The notes under the pieces: generated by a model
The model's input: the letters and a program-made list of their open reading frames with translations, nothing else
What the model was told of the DNA's origin: nothing
The model's database searches: none
Position numbers and translations under genes: made by a program
Part shown: piece after piece, positions 57,676 through 64,000 of the stretch
Position numbering within the stretch: position 1 is the first letter of the stretch
How the letters are laid out: each line of letters opens with the position of its first letter
DNA from: Marsupella aquatica
Taxonomy: Eukaryota > Plantae > Marchantiophyta
Assembly: GCA_973895155.1 (NCBI GenBank)
Contig: OZ316893.1
Span: 18,135,836 to 18,199,835 of the forward strand
Direction of reading: 5' to 3'
Length of the DNA stretch: 64,000 nt

Positions 57676-60600
57676 TGTGATGCCTAGCCAGGAATCACTA
57701 GGCCGGTTTACATGGTAAAAGCAGGAGTGTACCTTGGAAACACCTTAGTATAGTAACAAGACAAGGAAAATATAAACAATTAAGGGTGACTATGGAACCC
57801 GGGCCGAGGCCGGAAGTAAGGACACCGGGGGAGAGAACACGATTAGGGTTAGGGCGCGCTAAGCATCGGCGGCTAGGGGTGACCAATGGGAGGGAAGACC
57901 AGAGGAGGAGAGGGGTAAGGACCGCTCGCAAGGAATGGTGGCTCATTTGCAAGCACGAACTGGGTAGACGACTACGGGAGGCCAAATACTGTCAGCTACT
58001 TAGGCAAGCACTCTGGGTGGGAACAGATACCAACGATCGAGTCAAGGAGGGTATGAGCAACGTCAATCAAGCGGCACATTTTTGGGGATGCCTGTTCGAA
58101 CGGGCAACTGAGTACATTGGGACTTACAAGGACGAAGAATCGGAGAGAGCAGCTCGAGAACGGCAGGAGCTCGCTCGACTATGGGAGCTGCAAAAGTCTG
58201 CCTTCTTAGGAGGAGAACTCATCAAGGCTGAGTTCTTGTGGACTCCTACTGCCAATCAGCTCGATGACCTTCTGTTTTGCGAAGACAGAATTGTCGGCAT
58301 TCGGGAAGCCATCAACCGCTGCAACAACGCGCACTGGGAGTTGAAGGGTAGCACGGAAGGGTGGACAAAGGCAACTGTGCTAGGAGAAACATCCACGGCA
58401 GCCAAGATGAAGAGGAAAGGAAACAACAACGAAGAGGCCACCCTGGCAAAAAGAATAAGATCAGCGGCACCAAGGAAACCAGTAGAGTAGTAGAACAGGA
58501 GGCAGGGAGAAGCCGAAGAGGAGGAGGTCGATCCCATTAATGCCATTCCAACAAAGGATGACACCTGGAAAGGCTGGGCGGCGACCCTACCAGAGGAAGT
58601 GCAATTACATTTTGCACGGGAGGAGGATGCATGCTTTACGGCCATGCAGACCAAGAAGTACCAAGGCTTCATGGCCGGATCCAGCTTGGAAGCCTTCGTA
58701 AGATTACCATGGCTGAAGCCGGAGGTGCCGGACTCAGACTTATTAGAATTCGTGGGATCATGGGAACCCGAGACCAATTCCACGAGGGTGTATGGGAAGG
58801 ATTTCTATCTCACTCCCCGGGTGATTGCCGAGGTGTTTGGCTTGCCGATGAGTAATAAGACCAAGGTTGATACCAGGAAGACATTACCACAAGAAGTTCC
58901 GGTCGTTCCCAGGACCATCAACGAAGAATGGCTTCTTCCGGAACACCTGCACCAACCCGCACATCGAAGAGATGATCAATTTCTTGCGGGTGACCATGCA
59001 TTGTAACTTGCCGAGGGCAAAGATCGGCAAGGCTTAGGTCTACTTGGCAGAAAGGCCAGACCCAAGCCGGGATTACAACGGGTACCTCCTCAACCAACTG
59101 AAGAAGATCTTGAAGGAGGAACAGCAGGCGATCGGCGTGGGAAGCATGTCCCGGCTTGGCTATCACATGCCGCTGTTGTGCCGGTATGCCAGAAGTCAAA
59201 TCTTTGCCCCAGTACTTCCCCTATCGGCAAGGGCACCGGAGGAGGTTCCGGAGCGGAGGCCGGCAACAGAAGAGCCCAACCAGCCTGCCAGTCCTACGAT
59301 CAAGCAGGTGTTTCGGCCAAGGAAAGAAGACTTGCCGATGCAGCAATCAGGCATGCAGAATCTGCTGAAAATGCTGGAGAAGGAGAGAACGGCACCAGCA
59401 ATGGCAACGGCACCGGTACAGGTCACTGCCCCAGAGGCCGGCCTAAGCCGACTCAGGAGGGAAAACCCCTTTACCGGAGCCAAGGAGAGAAGGAGGCCGG
59501 AACACAAGCCGGGAGTGCGAATGTATGTGGGAGCCTCAAGCCCCGAATTGGAGGTAGAGCAGTCTAAGGCTCCTTGCCGCGGAGAGCAGAGGGAGAGGAC
59601 AGCCTGGAACCCAAAGGAGGAACAAGAGCCCATGATCTGTGAGGCCGTTTTCACGGCAGGACCAGGGGAACAGAGGGGGAAGCCGGGAGTCCAAGCAGTG
59701 GAGGAGGCGATGGAGGACTACAGCAATGATAACTCCGGCTATGGGTCGGATCATCATGTTCCAGGAGTAAGGACCTATGGCCGATTTATCCCCACGCTTC
59801 CAAGAGTAGTTTGAGGGGACCCCACCCAGTAGAGTAGCCCCGAGTCTCCCCCACCAAAGGTTGCTCCCCCGAGGTTTGATGGCATAAAGCAGACGGCACA
59901 AGAATTTCAGGAGCGACTTAGGGAGGAAGAGAAAGCAGCCCTGGCTAGGGAGAAAGATTTACCAGGAGGAGATTGGCCGGAGGACATCAGGCGGCTTGCC
60001 AAAAAAAGAAGCAACCCTCTTGCCACCGTAGAAGAAATCCGCAAGGCGGCTTGGGAATAGAGGCCGAGGTGGTTGATGCCGATGACTTCTACTTACTCCA
60101 CCTATGCTAAAGATAGAGCCATGGAGTACGGGGAGATGTGTGGGGACCTGGCACTCAACATCTTTGGGGAGGAGTTGGAGCAGGGACCTTTCTTCCAGAG
60201 GGAGAGGTTGGAGAAGCACCGATTAGAAGAAGCGGTGGCTTTGGAGAGAAGCAAGAAGGACGAGGTCATCCGGCGGCTTAGGAAGAAGGAAGCCGAGGTG
60301 GAAGTCCTGCAGGCGGCCAAGAAAGCCCAAGATGAGTTGCGGATTAAGCGGCATGAGCTGCAAGGACAATTGGATGCCGCTCAGTCTGGCAATCAGATTA
60401 TCAAGGATAAACTGACTCGGACCCAAGGAGAGTTGGCCAGCGCGGTCAAGGACAGGGCAAAGTGGAAGCAGGAGCTGAGGGACGCAGAGGAGGCCCACTC
60501 AACCGCCAACAACCGGGCCATGGCGGAGACTCAGAGAAGGGAGAGGGCGTTGAAAGGAGAGCTCGAAGATATCCGCGGAGCCCTTGAGCAGAAGGAAGCC

Positions 60601-62377
60601 GAGTTAGGGAAATCCTATCAAGAGATTATTGCGCTGCAGCAGGAGCTTGCGTCCCTGACGGCCAGCTTCAAGGCCGACTTGCGTGAAAAGGATGACCAGC
60701 TCGACCAGACTTATGCCAAGATGAATAAGATGGAGTCTAAGGTCGTAGCAGAGCTCGACAAGGAGCTAAGAGCAACCCAGGAGGAGAGGGCTACCTTAAA
60801 ATTGGAATTGGAAGAAGCCAAAAAGGAGCTGCAGGAGGGACGGAAGGACCTAGAGGCAGCCCAGGAGGAGTTGGAGGAAACCACCAGGAAGATGGAGAAC
60901 TTACAGCGGCAGGCCGACAACCAAATGGAGCGACTGAAGAAACAGGCCGCAGTATTTAAGTGCTTAGCTTCATCTGGTCCAACTCCAATTGTGGGAACTC
61001 CGTTACTAGGAGGGGTACTGGCCGAAAGACAAGCCGAGACACACGCCCCGGTGCCGGAGGTAGGTAGCAAGGGGAAGGGACCAGCTGTCGAAATAGGGAA
61101 GAAGAAGAATCAGAAACCTTCTGGGTCTGGGAGTTATACGGCTTCTCAAGCCGTTGTGACCGAGAAGATAAACCCGGCACCAACCTCCGGCATCGACACG
61201 GTGGTGGATCCACCAGTCCCAGGAAGTGGGGATGGCAAGGCCGAGGCCGGGACAACTAGTAATGAAGCCGAGGTACCAGATCCTCCACTAGAACATGTCG
61301 GGGAGGCCGTGGCCGATGCTGAGGCCGAAGTCGAGGGTGGACCCAGTCAGGCCAATGAAGAGTTGACTCGGTCCGGGGTAGGTAATCTGTTAGAGGACGG
61401 ACCAACGGCAGTGGCTACGGAGGAAGCATTGGGGGCGTCCATTGAGGACCAGCCACCGGGGTCGTGACGGTGTAAGGGAGCCGTCCCTTTTAGGGAGGGC
61501 AAACGTGGAGGTAGGAGGCGTGAGTGGGCAGGGCGGGCGCTGATCTCCAAGTTTAGACTAAGGATCAGGACCAGGAGATGGCCCTGACACTTAGATTAGT
61601 GGGATTGCGGATCCACGAGTAAGGGCGACACTTGTGCTCCTGCCTCACTGTACATAGGTAGATTACAGTTAGGTAGATTACAGATAAGTAGATTAGGCTT
61701 ACGCTGCAAGGAATCAGGCGGATCCACAACCAGGATAAGTACCTGGGCTACGGGGAGTTCAGGGCCTCTTCTTTAACAAGTTTTTAGTTGCACCAGCAGG
61801 GCTGGGATCAAGTAGTAAGAGAAGCTCTTGGTTAGTTATACAGTGACCCTTGTGTATATTCATGTTTCCTCATGCCTAAGAACTGAATAGAGTTGGCCTC
61901 ACGGCTTAGTTCGTAGAGCTTGTGTATGGGATGTACTGTTTGTATGGCAAGTGCATGGTATAACTCAGTCAAAAGGAGTCATTTTGCTGTTTGTGTGTCG
62001 CATTAACTTGTGTGAAGAGTGCCCACATCATGAAGGGAAGTAGCAAGGGAGTGAGAGTTGGATGTGTCGAGCTGAGAGAGGTCTTAGCGGCTTAACCAAG
62101 CCAATTGGGGATCATTCCGGCGGCGGAATCCAAATATACCTAAAGAAAGCGAGGGGAAGACAAGGGAAGGCCTAGATTGGGCCGGCTACGTATCTCATGA
62201 CCCGATGAAGGATCTGTCCAGTATATGTGTGTAAAATGTTAATAGTAGTAGTAGAGGAAATTAGCAGCGTCCCATGCCGCTAAGCCGCGGAAACGGCCTC
62301 GCCGAGGACGAAACCTGTGGGAATCGGCTTGTGCGGGGGCGGTTTCTTGGGTTTGGGGAGCCATGGGACGCAACACA
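57676..62377 (+). mobile_element. Solo LTR, family 1 (older subfamily, 4702 bp)
   Basis: TGTGATGC...GCAACACA with a perfect TSD CACCA (57671-57675 / 62378-62382). Confidence 0.95.
57792..61467 (+). pseudogene. Disrupted LTR-encoded PMD-like/coiled-coil ORF
   Basis: Fragments 57786-58490, 58599-59006, 59044-59814 and 60073-61467 are colinear with the intact ORF. Confidence 0.85.
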
Positions 62378-62915
62378 CACCACTTGGGATATCGTGTGCA
62401 ATCTAGTTAACCCAATCTAGTTTGCGACTAAGGTAAGTCTTCCAAAGTGAGAAGCAAGCAGGGTAGGACCACTAGTAGAATTTATCTGCTACTTCTTTGT
62501 CTACAAAAAAACAATACGTGTATGTCTTAGCTTGCCTCCAAAACAATGCAATTCTTCTCCCCTATCATGGGAGGCCAAATCTACTTGAAGAAACAAGTCT
62601 TGAAACAAGTCTTCACACTGTTTGGAAATCCTCAAAGTCTTCCTCAATGTCAAGAATTAGTGAAGCCTTTGTCTTCTCAGAAAAACTGAGGATCCTGGAA
62701 TCAGGGATAGTAGGCATCACTTCAGCCACAATTTCAGACATGAGGGAAGACGCAATTGACTTGACCTGCTCCCAAAGTGCCCACCGATGAAGCCAAAGCT
62801 TGGTTTCACTATTTGAGAATTAACCTAGATGAAGAAACTTCTTCCAAAGCTCAAGCCAACACTGTGCCTCAAGGAGTGTACATTGAAGTTGTGGGGATTG
62901 CAAAGTCATGCCTGT

Positions 62916-64000
62916 TGTAACGCTGCCAGCATGGCTGGTAATGAGTAATACGGGTTAATCTGTGTTAAGGATGTATGAAGTAGACGTAGGAATCTGTAGT
63001 TATTAGCATAACGACACAAAATTAGCTAGTCATGATGCTTAGAATAGGTTTTAGTAATAATGGGAGTTTATGCTCTGGCTGGCGGCGTGGCACCTGACAT
63101 ATCGCCGGATTAGGGGTGCGTTATGGATGTCAGCCTTGGATCCATATAACTGATCTGGAGGCAGCTCTTGCCACGCTCTGACCCAGACTGAAGGAGTGAT
63201 CGGTAAGCCTCAAGCGTAGCAAGCTTGGCCTATTGTGAGCAAGAAGGGCCGATCAATTGATGCATGATACGGGTATAAAAGATGGACTCTTCCCCGTCTC
63301 AAATTTACCAGTTCTTTCCTCGTGCAAGCTTTGAGCTTGGCCCCTTTGCGCACTTAGTGATTCAGCCAGCCCTCGACACTTTGCCATGTCTGTCACGGTT
63401 ATGTCCAGTTTGGCTATTCACTTTTGGTACCAATTCCTGTGCATTGGTAACCATCTTGCGACCTCACTTGCCAAACATAACCTGCAAAAGTACAAAGCCA
63501 AAAGGCATTATGAATGGCTTATCAAATTGAACGGGCTCTCTCATTACAATAACAACCTCAACCTTCCATTTGAGAGCAAGTACTGCCAAGATGCAAAGAT
63601 CTTTGAGTTCTTCTTCGAGGGAACCAAGTACCTTGGCTTTGGAGAAGCGCTCCTCCAACTCCCGGACAAGGTTTTCAAGATCCCTCGCATGGTGGACTTA
63701 CAGCGTCATCACTTTGATGACATACCTGCCAGGGTGCAGACCTTCCTTGATTGTCGATTTGACATTAGTCCAAACGCGGGAGGACCTTCCTCAATTGCAG
63801 CATTGCTTGGCTTCCCATCTGGAACTTTGGGTCCCATGGCACCTACTCCAGCAGTAGCTACGGCCAACTCACTAGCGCCAGGACCGGCACAGACGCCACC
63901 CCGAGTACCCTTAAGCCGCTCGCCACCACCAGTCGCACCACTCGCTCGAGTGCAATCTGTGGTGAATGCGGTCAACCTGAGCTTGGAGGATGAGGAAGTT
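62916..64000 (+). mobile_element. Start of another family 2 giant LTR (runs off the right edge)
   Basis: TGTAACGC... matches the reverse complement of 32602 inward (GACACAAAATTAGCTAGTCATGATGCTTAGAATAGG). TATA-like TATAAAA near 63274. Encodes VQSVVNAVNLS as in 31456-31950. Confidence 0.75.

Overview
Eukaryotic, transposon-dense plant DNA; a non-flowering land plant is my inference. There is one host gene, an intronless DCAF11/LEC14B-like WD40 gene at 36251-37918 (-). Two systems stand out. (1) A Ty3/gypsy retrotransposon in two copies (5695-21273 +, 42576-56377 -). Its reconstructed ORF1 is gag-protease-DNMT3-like cytosine methyltransferase, ending in a shared UAG-CAAUCA readthrough-type stop. 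RT-RNaseH-DDE integrase-PHD finger follows in frame. The complete copy has split direct repeats (A...B-A-B) with a palindromic GACA-GC-TGTC junction and a 4-bp TSD instead of ordinary LTRs and PBS. (2) Three families of giant 3.9-4.7 kb TG...CA units, the isolated copies having 5-bp TSDs, each carrying a long ORF. For family 1 an adjacent PBS and gag show that the unit is an LTR, so these are protein-coding (solo) LTRs. The rest is decayed LINEs, small non-autonomous DNA elements and short tandem repeats. All domain calls are from motif recognition by eye; no searches were run.
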